Below the pieces are notes generated by a model, which was not told the DNA's origin, searched no databases, and saw only the letters and a list, made by a program, of their open reading frames with translations. 64,000 nt of DNA, from assembly GCA_021525805.1 (NCBI GenBank), contig GCA_021525805.1_3940.1; one strand, 5' to 3'. The position numbers and the translations under genes are program-made. The DNA is from a phage. Positions 42,441 through 51,253 of this stretch are shown here, in pieces; position 1 is the stretch's first letter, and each line of letters starts with the position of its first letter.

Positions 42441-42812
42441 ATGAAGTGGCTAGAGGAAGCTTTTAAAAATAATATTGGTGCAATTGTAGTTGGTATTTTT
42501 AGTGTTATTGGGATGTATACCACGATGCAAGTTTCAAGTGGTAAACAAGAAGTGTCTGTCACAACAAAGTTACAGCAGCTAGATAATTATTCCAAAAGTA
42601 ACTATTCAGCTATTCGTGATTTACAGTCTGACATGAGGCTGCTTCAGCTAGGGATGGAGAACCAGAAAGTCCAGTTAGAGAATGTTAAGGGTGAAAACGC
42701 AAAACTTACCAAAACTCTTGATAAATTCTCTGACAGTGTGAATAATCTGGCTCAATCAGTATCAGCCCTCCAAGCTATTACTGAGAAGAACACAAAGAAT
42801 ACTGAAAAATAA
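42441..42812 (+). CDS. hypothetical membrane-anchored coiled-coil protein
   Basis: 123 aa; N-terminal TM segment IGAIVVGIFSVIGMYTTM then helical region. Confidence 0.45.
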   Translation: MKWLEEAFKNNIGAIVVGIFSVIGMYTTMQVSSGKQEVSVTTKLQQLDNYSKSNYSAIRDLQSDMRLLQLGMENQKVQLENVKGENAKLTKTLDKFSDSVNNLAQSVSALQAITEKNTKNTEK

Positions 42813-42820
42813 AATTTTAA

Positions 42821-42846
42821 GGCTCCCGTCAAAAGGAGCCTTTTTT
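42821..42846. terminator. bidirectional hairpin terminator between convergent genes
   Basis: GGCTCC-CGTCAAAA-GGAGCC followed by TTTTTT, preceded by A/T run. Confidence 0.6.
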
Positions 42847-42849
42847 GTT

Positions 42850-43749
42850 TTATTTACCTACTGACAAAGGTGCTTCAATCTTTCCTGCATGTTGGTAGTT
42901 GTTAATGCCACCAATAAAATCACTTGCAGTAAGATGTTTAAGGTCACTTAGAGTGTTAAGCTGTACACCAATCTCAAAAGTAGGTGCATGGAACTCTTCA
43001 TTATTCATCAGTTCATAAACCTGCTTCATATGGTTCTGATAAATCTGAGTATCTCCAAAGACACCTATCAAGTATCGTGGAGTGTATCCAGTCATCTTGC
43101 AAAGAACTTCCAGAATAAAACCATAAGATGCAATATTAAACGGAAGTCCTAAAAAGGTGTCTACTGAACGCTGATACCATTGCAAGTCAACTTCACCCTC
43201 ATTGGTGATATAAATCTGAAACATAACATGGCAAGGCGCTAAAGCCATTGAGTTAGCTGCAATATCTGCTGCGTTCCAAGCATTAACAAGCATGTATCGG
43301 TCTGTGATATCACCCTTCATTTTTGTTACTAGAGTCTCTAACTGGTCTACAACACAACCATTATGACCTTCAAAGTTTCTCCACTGAACTCCGTAGATTC
43401 TCCCACCTGCATCCTCTAACCAATCTTGTTCAGAAGAATAATTAGAGCTTAACCAGCGTTTAAAATCATCTGACCAGATTGTCCAACGTTCTCCGTCATT
43501 TTCACCCCAAGTACGATAACGGAGTTCACCAAGCTTATTCTCACCGTTCAGGAACCATAAAGCTTCCCCAATAACTTGCCGTGTAAACACCTGTTTAGAT
43601 GTTAAGAGAGGGAAACCAGTTCGCATATCAAAACGAAACTGAGGTGGAGCAAATGCAGAGATAACATCTCCAGTTCGTGTAGTACGCAGTTCACCAACGG
43701 ATAAAACATGGTTCAGGATATTTTTGTAACTTGAATCTGCTTGTGACAT
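42850..43749 (-). CDS. thyA: thymidylate synthase
   Basis: 299 aa; conserved ThyA motifs RTGDV, FPLLTSK, PCHVMFQ, LPFNIASY, GDTQIYQNH. Confidence 0.9.
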   Translation of the reverse strand: MSQADSSYKNILNHVLSVGELRTTRTGDVISAFAPPQFRFDMRTGFPLLTSKQVFTRQVIGEALWFLNGENKLGELRYRTWGENDGERWTIWSDDFKRWLSSNYSSEQDWLEDAGGRIYGVQWRNFEGHNGCVVDQLETLVTKMKGDITDRYMLVNAWNAADIAANSMALAPCHVMFQIYITNEGEVDLQWYQRSVDTFLGLPFNIASYGFILEVLCKMTGYTPRYLIGVFGDTQIYQNHMKQVYELMNNEEFHAPTFEIGVQLNTLSDLKHLTASDFIGGINNYQHAGKIEAPLSVGK

Positions 43750-43750
43750 A

Positions 43751-44296
43751 TCAAAAGTGTCCTTTTACTTGTGGAACATAAATTTCAAAAGTTGCTTTAC
43801 CATCCTCTGATGGTTTTGACTGTACCTTTGTAAACACACGGTTATCATACAGCTTCTCAAAGAAGTTTTCAAAAGGTAAATGCACAGTGGCCTCTTCAGT
43901 AACTTTATGGAAAACAGTATGGAACACCACACTAGCATACGGTAAAGCATTGACAAGGATACCTGCACCACCAATTACAAAGACATCTTCATCAATAGAG
44001 CTATCAAGATACTTCAAAAATGCTCCAAATGACTCTTTACTGGCTTTAGCATACATTACATCATCTTTGCCAAAGTCTATGCCTAAGTATGGTACAGAAT
44101 TTGTTAAGACGAGGTTTGCACGTTCTGGTAAAGGCTTACACCCCAGAGTCTTGAAAGTCTCATTACCCATCACTACTAAGTTATTTTTAGTGAGTCTCTT
44201 AAACTCTTGCATGTCCTGTTTATGTCGAGGCCACGGCATACCAGTTGGAGTACCAAACTCCCCATTTTCACCACTTGCAAAGATTAATTTAATCAT
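43751..44296 (-). CDS. frd: dihydrofolate reductase
   Basis: 181 aa; N-terminus MIKLIFASGENGEFGTPTGMPW and NLVVMGNETFKTLG match DHFR fold motifs. Confidence 0.85.
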   Translation of the reverse strand: MIKLIFASGENGEFGTPTGMPWPRHKQDMQEFKRLTKNNLVVMGNETFKTLGCKPLPERANLVLTNSVPYLGIDFGKDDVMYAKASKESFGAFLKYLDSSIDEDVFVIGGAGILVNALPYASVVFHTVFHKVTEEATVHLPFENFFEKLYDNRVFTKVQSKPSEDGKATFEIYVPQVKGHF

Positions 44297-44553
44297 TTTG
44301 TAAATCCTTTCTTAATGAACCAGTTGACGACACTCTTCACAACTTTACTACGATGGTAGATAAAATGTGGAGATGGTTGGTATGAACCATAAGCCCAGAA
44401 AGCGATAATTTCATTACACCCTGTGCATCGGGTACTTTCTTCAGCAATATGACCGTTGGCTATTTCACTTACCTCGCCTTGTAAGTCTGTACACCCACAA
44501 TGTGGACATCGGATAGGTGTTCCATCAGACTCATAGCAGTGTTCAATTTTCAT
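44293..44553 (-). CDS. hypothetical zinc-ribbon protein
   Basis: 86 aa; CPHCGC ... CTGC pairs. Confidence 0.45.
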   Translation of the reverse strand: MKIEHCYESDGTPIRCPHCGCTDLQGEVSEIANGHIAEESTRCTGCNEIIAFWAYGSYQPSPHFIYHRSKVVKSVVNWFIKKGFTK

Positions 44554-45069
44554 TTATTTAACCTCAAAAACTGGCTCAAGAACCAATATAAAATCTACAC
44601 AGTCATCTTCTTCATCCAGAATACCATCAAAGTTCTTAGGAACGAAGTCGAAGAGGCTCATCACAAAACAGTCAGAAGTAACCCTGATAGTTCCTCCAAT
44701 GTTCTCTACAGTCAACACTGTACGACTTTCTTTCACCTCCCGAAGAAGATTACTCACAAAGTCATCTAAGAAGTACTTCATCAGCGACTTGAAACCTTTA
44801 GGGTAATCTGTACCAGAGTATGTTTCAATCTGAGGGACAAGCTTAACATTTATGCTAGTCTTTGTTAAGAATGCACTAGAGAACATACTATCAGGTAACT
44901 TACAAACAGTCTTTCCAGTACCTTCATGTTCAATCTCAACAAAACCAGCTTCATCGCCACATGTAACTATTTTAAAAGATGCTTCATTCTCATACTGTGA
45001 AGCCATAAACTTTTTGAGCATCTCTTTAAGGAAATCTGCATGAGCATCTTGTAAGAAGATATCAATCAT
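44554..45069 (-). CDS. hypothetical protein
   Basis: 171-aa ORF. Confidence 0.55.
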   Translation of the reverse strand: MIDIFLQDAHADFLKEMLKKFMASQYENEASFKIVTCGDEAGFVEIEHEGTGKTVCKLPDSMFSSAFLTKTSINVKLVPQIETYSGTDYPKGFKSLMKYFLDDFVSNLLREVKESRTVLTVENIGGTIRVTSDCFVMSLFDFVPKNFDGILDEEDDCVDFILVLEPVFEVK

Positions 45070-45082
45070 AGTTAATCACCTA

Positions 45083-45442
45083 TTATGGAAACAGACACTT
45101 GATGTCATCGTTTTTGAAAACGAAACTCGTGTAGTTGTGACCATCAACATCCAGCCAAACAGCCTGAACATCTACACCATCAAGGTTGTGGTAAAGCTCT
45201 TTGATGAAGTGGTCTTTCACAACCTGACTGCTAGTTGTTTCCAGCTTAATGTTCGAGATTGCTGAACCTACAGCCATATAGCCCATGACACGTTTCTTCT
45301 CAGTATGCTTAATCTTACCATCTTTGTAAGCCATAATGAGATTGGAGAGAATCTTCACACCATAATACTTTTCAAGGTGAGTAGGTACACCATAAAAACC
45401 TAATGCGAAGTTTTCAGAGTGGATAATGTTTTCACGTTTCAT
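45083..45442 (-). CDS. hypothetical protein
   Basis: 119-aa ORF. Confidence 0.5.
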   Translation of the reverse strand: MKRENIIHSENFALGFYGVPTHLEKYYGVKILSNLIMAYKDGKIKHTEKKRVMGYMAVGSAISNIKLETTSSQVVKDHFIKELYHNLDGVDVQAVWLDVDGHNYTSFVFKNDDIKCLFP

Positions 45443-45443
45443 A

Positions 45444-45773
45444 TTAATCTGCCAACCTTAAATTGAAATTAACACCAAATTTTTCACATACTTCCAACAT
45501 ATACTCAAGGGAGACATTCCCAGTGAGGTGGATTATGTTGGATATACGAGCTTGAGAGATACCACAAATTTTAGCAACTTGCTCTTGAGAAAGACCTCTG
45601 GATTTAATCTCTCTCTTAAAACGATGTGCAACGAAATCTCTCATTTCGTCTACATCCATTGGACAAATATAACTCTCCATTTCAGCCTCTCTATCAGCCT
45701 CCCAATCATCTTGTGGAGCATAAGGGTCAAAAACCTCATTCATCTTTCTTCTTCCGTTTACGTGAAGTATCAA
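45444..45773 (-). CDS. putative HTH (XRE-like) transcriptional regulator
   Basis: 109 aa; helix-turn-helix-like LSQEQVAKICGISQARISNI. Confidence 0.6.
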   Translation of the reverse strand: MILHVNGRRKMNEVFDPYAPQDDWEADREAEMESYICPMDVDEMRDFVAHRFKREIKSRGLSQEQVAKICGISQARISNIIHLTGNVSLEYMLEVCEKFGVNFNLRLAD

Positions 45774-45948
45774 TTAATGAGTCTATGTTTGTAGCTCTGA
45801 CCTTTTCACGTTCATCATTAAGATAATCGTCAAGAGCCTTTTCAATCTGTGAATCATCTTGACAGATGACTGTAAAGACTGTAAAGCCGTCTGTATCGTC
45901 AATTATCTTACCATAACCGCTTCTGGGATGTAACTTTTTAAGAGCCAT
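45736..45948 (-). CDS. hypothetical small protein
   Basis: 70-aa ORF. Confidence 0.4.
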   Translation of the reverse strand: MALKKLHPRSGYGKIIDDTDGFTVFTVICQDDSQIEKALDDYLNDEREKVRATNIDSLIDTSRKRKKKDE

Positions 45949-45949
45949 A

Positions 45950-46333
45950 TCAAATACCTGTGCAGCTTCTGTTTTCTAAGAAATACTCAACACCATACAT
46001 AGCTTTTTGCATCAAATCTTCTTTAAACTGGATACGGTGGTTGAGCATCGCCTGTACATCAATATCGTCATGGTGTTTCTCTTTAATGTTTGCAGATTGC
46101 AGGAAATACTCTGCAAGAACACGATACTGGTAGTCAGTCACCTTATCAGTCATCTCTGTCAAAGACTCTTCAGAGATTGGTTTCAGTAGCTCACCATTAG
46201 CTAGAGCAACACCTTTTACAATCTGGCAAGTGTCTTCTGGAACACCTGATAAGTCCACATTTGGAAGTTCTGTTGCATTGACTGGTAAATTCATTGCCAT
46301 AACCATTGCAGCAGCTAATAAAATCTTTTTCAT
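45950..46333 (-). CDS. hypothetical secreted/periplasmic protein
   Basis: 127 aa; N-terminal signal-peptide-like MKKILLAAAMVMAMNLPVNA. Confidence 0.55.
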   Translation of the reverse strand: MKKILLAAAMVMAMNLPVNATELPNVDLSGVPEDTCQIVKGVALANGELLKPISEESLTEMTDKVTDYQYRVLAEYFLQSANIKEKHHDDIDVQAMLNHRIQFKEDLMQKAMYGVEYFLENRSCTGI

Positions 46334-46439
46334 AATGACCCCAAAGTTATATTAAATTTTGTATTACATTGAGTATAAAAATAAGCTATAACACCTGACT
46401 TGTCAACAGATTTTATAGCTTATTTGGCAGATTTTTTAT

Positions 46440-46708
46440 AAGGCTACTGCCATCCTTCCATACCTCACCACGCAAGACCAAACCATGCCGTACTCCACTT
46501 CACAGGACCAAGCATCACTTAAAAATCCTCTTAGAAAGACTCTTAAGTGATGTAATCGAATTTTTATGTAGCTCCGATTAACTACCCATACCTCACCTTA
46601 CCACGCCGAACAGCACCGGACTATACCAGGCCATGCCGAACATTGCCGAGCCTCATTAAAAGACCCTCTTAAAGACCTTTTAAAAAGGAGCCTCCGAGGA
46701 GGCTACCT
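46440..46708. repeat. composite intergenic repeat block A (C/A-rich units + hairpin H1 at 46513-46552 + hairpin H2 at 46651-46688) with minus-strand terminator
   Basis: shares GGCTACT(G/A)CCATCC, CCATACCTCACC, hairpins TCACTTAAAAA.CCTCTTAGAA.ACTCTTAAGTGATG and CCTCATTAAAA.ACCCTCTTAAAGACCTTTTAAAAAGG with block 47820-48130. Confidence 0.7.
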
Positions 46709-46715
46709 AGCCAAC

Positions 46716-47764
<1,049 letters not shown>

Positions 47765-47819
47765 TTAGTTGATTGTTAAGTTGTTTGTAAAGAACCCTCA
47801 ACAGAAGACTCTTTAGAAA

Positions 47820-48130
47820 CTTGGTAGATTTTTAACGTGGCTACTACCATCCACCCATACCATACCGAACCTTACCTTACCAAACCAGACCGCGCCTTAC
47901 CAAACCAGACCAAACATTACTTTACCCTACCTCATTAAAAAACCCTCTTAAAGACCTTTTAAAAAGGTAAGTCTCATTTTAATGTAGATGAGACTAACTA
48001 CCCATACTGTACCGCACCTGACCCGACCTGACCAGACCTAGCATTACCGTGCCACACCGTACCGAACAGAACACTACCATACCTCACATCACTTAAAAAC
48101 CCTCTTAGAAGACTCTTAAGTGATGCTGGT
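47820..48130. repeat. composite intergenic repeat block B (tandem CCTTACCAAACCAGACC x2, hairpin H2 at 47930-47967, hairpin H1 at 48087-48125)
   Basis: same sub-elements as block A but H2 precedes H1. Confidence 0.7.
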
Positions 48131-48340
48131 GAGTACCCGTTGGTTTATGCTGCTCAGTATACTCACCAAATTTTCTATGTCAACAACTTTTTATAAAAAA
48201 GTTCTGATAGCTATATGTGTCACGAAACAAAAGATTGTAAACAAGACACCCATTGCAAAAGATGTGTCCAAAAGCTTACTTGCAACGTATGACAATACAA
48301 AGACAACCAGTATAAACAGAATGACTGTACTGAACATAGT

Positions 48341-49480
48341 TTATTCATAATCCCTAATAACTAACCCAACAGGGAACTGTAAAGAACCTTTACGAGTCAT
48401 CTTCTGGAACTGAACCGTCAAAGGTTTCCCGATAAACTCTTCAGGATGTTCAGCAAGATACTGTTTCTTCTCATGAGTAGTCTTCCATGAGACATCTACA
48501 AAGACGTTAGGAAGAGTCTCTACAACGAACTTGCCATGACCACGTTTATCAGTCTTTACACCAGTCACTTTAAACTCTTCAGTGTGCATCTTCTTGTGCT
48601 TAATCAAGAAGTATGAACGGTGACAACACTCATAGAAGGAGTCTTCAGAGATTGAACGGTACATTGCACCTTCAAACTTAGCTTCAACCCACTTATCATG
48701 AGCTTCATCAAACTCTTCCCAAGAATTTACACGACGAGACTTAACAGGGACAACTTTACAGCCGTCTCTAAAGTCATTCAATGGTGAAGTCTCAATAATA
48801 TCTCTACGCTCAGGCCACGTTTTAGTACTGTCACAGATATCATACCAGTAGAACTTAAGTAAGTGTCTGTCAGGATTGTCTTCATTTTTAATCATGGAGA
48901 CAATATCTTCTAAGTCCCACCCATGAGCATAAATCTCTCCATCAAATTCATCAACATCTTTGTGGAGCCTTAACATTGCCATAATGTCAGGTATTAGTTC
49001 AGTAGGGATTTTGTAAACAGTATTCTCACGAGAATATGCTGTAAATACACTGCCAATACTTAAGTGTCTTGAAATTCTACAACGTACACCATCAAGTTTT
49101 GGTTGAGCATCAGCAGGGAACTTCAGATACTTTGCATGACTAACCTTTGCAGCATCATGAGCAAGCTGTACACCTACCTTTTCAGTATTCTGTGCAGACT
49201 CTTTTGTGTAAGCATAACCTTTACGGTCAACTTGCTTTTTATACTTAGCAGCAACTTCAAAGAGAGCTTGCTGTTCAGCGTTACGCTCATTCTTTTTACC
49301 GATGTTTTTAGGTTCTGCTGTGTACTCTTCAAACATCATCTTGCCATTTTCTTTACCGTAGGTTGTAATAACTTTGTCACCTACAGCAACGCATGACCAA
49401 ACGTTAAAAGAGCCGTCTTTATTTTGTTTGTACAGAATTGTCATTTTTAACCTCTGAGTGATACCAAGTATTGCAAGCAT
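48341..49480 (-). CDS. ATP-dependent DNA ligase
   Basis: 379 aa; nucleotidyltransferase motif I KLDGVR. Confidence 0.75.
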   Translation of the reverse strand: MLAILGITQRLKMTILYKQNKDGSFNVWSCVAVGDKVITTYGKENGKMMFEEYTAEPKNIGKKNERNAEQQALFEVAAKYKKQVDRKGYAYTKESAQNTEKVGVQLAHDAAKVSHAKYLKFPADAQPKLDGVRCRISRHLSIGSVFTAYSRENTVYKIPTELIPDIMAMLRLHKDVDEFDGEIYAHGWDLEDIVSMIKNEDNPDRHLLKFYWYDICDSTKTWPERRDIIETSPLNDFRDGCKVVPVKSRRVNSWEEFDEAHDKWVEAKFEGAMYRSISEDSFYECCHRSYFLIKHKKMHTEEFKVTGVKTDKRGHGKFVVETLPNVFVDVSWKTTHEKKQYLAEHPEEFIGKPLTVQFQKMTRKGSLQFPVGLVIRDYE

Positions 49481-49637
49481 TACATGCGTAAAGCTCTAAG
49501 TCATTTTTATCTGGTTTATGGAAACAGTTTGACCCACAACGACACCGGAATAGTTTACCATCAACACGAAGAATGAATGTTTCAAGCTCACCATCTTCTG
49601 TAAGAACTGCGTTATTAAATTTATCTTCTACAGTCAT
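49419..49637 (-). CDS. hypothetical zinc-ribbon protein
   Basis: 72 aa; CRCGSNC ... CNACNTWYH. Confidence 0.45.
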   Translation of the reverse strand: MTVEDKFNNAVLTEDGELETFILRVDGKLFRCRCGSNCFHKPDKNDLELYACNACNTWYHSEVKNDNSVQTK

Positions 49638-49939
49638 TTTCTCTTACCGCCAATCTCTACGTCAATAACTTGAACATCACCAGCAACATCAAACTTATGA
49701 ATGATGCTTTCCACAGTGTAAGTCCAACCATCAATGCGAACCAGCTCACCTTCTCGTGGAACTATTGGATTACGTTGAGCTACGGTTGTAGTGGAGTGAA
49801 CAACATCATAACAGTAGATATAGTTTACTAGGACTTCCATCGTGAAAACCTCACTCAATAACCGTAGTATGTGATTCCCCATTTTTGCCATAGCTGTAAG
49901 ATGTTGTTGTTTGAGAGTTTGGGCATCTGACAACAACAA
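49634..49939 (-). CDS. hypothetical protein (true start may be internal ATG at 49840)
   Basis: 101-aa track ORF overlaps lipoprotein gene; Met34 with GAGG RBS would remove overlap. Confidence 0.45.
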   Translation of the reverse strand: MLLSDAQTLKQQHLTAMAKMGNHILRLLSEVFTMEVLVNYIYCYDVVHSTTTVAQRNPIVPREGELVRIDGWTYTVESIIHKFDVAGDVQVIDVEIGGKRK

Positions 49940-50108
49940 TATCTCTGCTTATAGCATCACCATGTAACTTGTATACTCTGCAATCTTGCATCTCTGGTGG
50001 GAGGCTGTAAGAAGCATTTTTATCTTCATAAGAAGGGTTGCAGCCAGATAGAAAAATTACTCCAAGTGCAACCATTGCTTTCACACAACTCTTAACCTTA
50101 TTGTTCAC
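49851..50108 (-). CDS. putative lipoprotein
   Basis: 85 aa; signal peptide with lipobox LSGC. Confidence 0.6.
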   Translation of the reverse strand: MNNKVKSCVKAMVALGVIFLSGCNPSYEDKNASYSLPPEMQDCRVYKLHGDAISRDIVVVRCPNSQTTTSYSYGKNGESHTTVIE

Positions 50109-50240
50109 GATAGTCTACCTCTCTGTATGTTTTTAAATAGTGAGTGATGAGTTCTGGTAATTCACTACGTTTAACGTTTGAACGAAGAAGTGTCCAGTCA
50201 AAACCTTTACCAACCCTTCCCCAGAGACTGTACATTTTCT

Positions 50241-50474
50241 TCATAGCAACTCCAGAATATCAATACGTTCACCATTAAGAACACCTGTACGGTCTCTTGC
50301 AATCTTACCATCAACGATAAGGATATGCGCGACCTTTAAAGCCTCACGATTAAAACCTTTTAAGAACTTGCTAGGCATCACTACAATGGACATCTCCTGA
50401 ATCAACTCTGGAGTATAGCAATTGTCGTGAAGTTGCTGAATAACGTCTGCAAGTGTCATTTTTGATGTCTCCAA
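50241..50474 (-). CDS. hypothetical small protein
   Basis: 77-aa ORF. Confidence 0.45.
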   Translation of the reverse strand: METSKMTLADVIQQLHDNCYTPELIQEMSIVVMPSKFLKGFNREALKVAHILIVDGKIARDRTGVLNGERIDILELL

Positions 50475-50665
50475 TACTCAATATCAATAAGTTCTTGTGC
50501 AATGCTTTTCAGATTACCTTTCAAGAAAACCTTCTCAGAACCTGAAAGAGATGAATTGTCAATTAACCTGTTCATTCTCTCAAACAACTTCTGCTTACGA
50601 TTCTTGATAGTTTCCTTTGAAGCACCTTTCATCATCGCTGCATGGGTTCTTCCACGGTGACTCAT
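50456..50665 (-). CDS. hypothetical small basic protein
   Basis: 69-aa ORF. Confidence 0.45.
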   Translation of the reverse strand: MSHRGRTHAAMMKGASKETIKNRKQKLFERMNRLIDNSSLSGSEKVFLKGNLKSIAQELIDIEYWRHQK

Positions 50666-50716
50666 AAGTCCTCCTATACAAGATATAGTATAAGGTACTC
50701 TTCCCTGAGCACCTTG

Positions 50717-51250
50717 TCAACTTAGTTTTGCAAACTCTCCGTGGAGTTTGATAGCAGCTTCACAGTAAGCTTTATGGGCTTCTTCAGGGGTGTCATGGTG
50801 ACCTAAAAACATCTTCTTACCTTTATAACTTATCTGTGCGACCCACTTACCAGACTCCTTCTTAAGACTTACACCCTTGTACCCAGATTTATTGGTGACT
50901 GGTTTACCTTTATTCCAAGCACTTTGAAAGTCATCTGCTTCCCTTAAGTTTACAATCCTGTTGTCAAGTGAGTCTCCGTTGATATGGTCAATGATACCTT
51001 TTGGCATCTTGCCATACACGTAAAGCCATGCGAGTCTGTGTGCTTTATGTGCTTTCTTGCCAAAATAGATACTAATCTGTTTATGACCACTTGAATCAGT
51101 CTGGATATTACCTGCCACCTTTCCTGCATAATTACTGTTAAAAACACTAACAGCTCTTGATTTACCTTCTCTACGAAGCCAAGTAAAGACCCCTGTTTCG
51201 GGGTCATAGTGCAGCAGCTCCTTTAAACGTTTTTGTAAAATTAAATCCAT
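50717..51250 (-). CDS. HNH homing endonuclease with AP2-like DNA-binding domain
   Basis: 177 aa; HRLAWLYVYG ... DHINGDSLDNRIVNLR (HNH) then SGYKGVSLKKESGKWVAQISYKGKKMFLGHHDTPEEAHKAY (AP2-like). Confidence 0.8.
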   Translation of the reverse strand: MDLILQKRLKELLHYDPETGVFTWLRREGKSRAVSVFNSNYAGKVAGNIQTDSSGHKQISIYFGKKAHKAHRLAWLYVYGKMPKGIIDHINGDSLDNRIVNLREADDFQSAWNKGKPVTNKSGYKGVSLKKESGKWVAQISYKGKKMFLGHHDTPEEAHKAYCEAAIKLHGEFAKLS

Positions 51251-51253
51251 TAA

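Noticed and set aside
43765-44303. ORFs 43765..43974 (-) and 43887..44303 (+)
   Set aside because: Alternative-frame or antisense shadows of the DHFR gene, whose identity is well supported.
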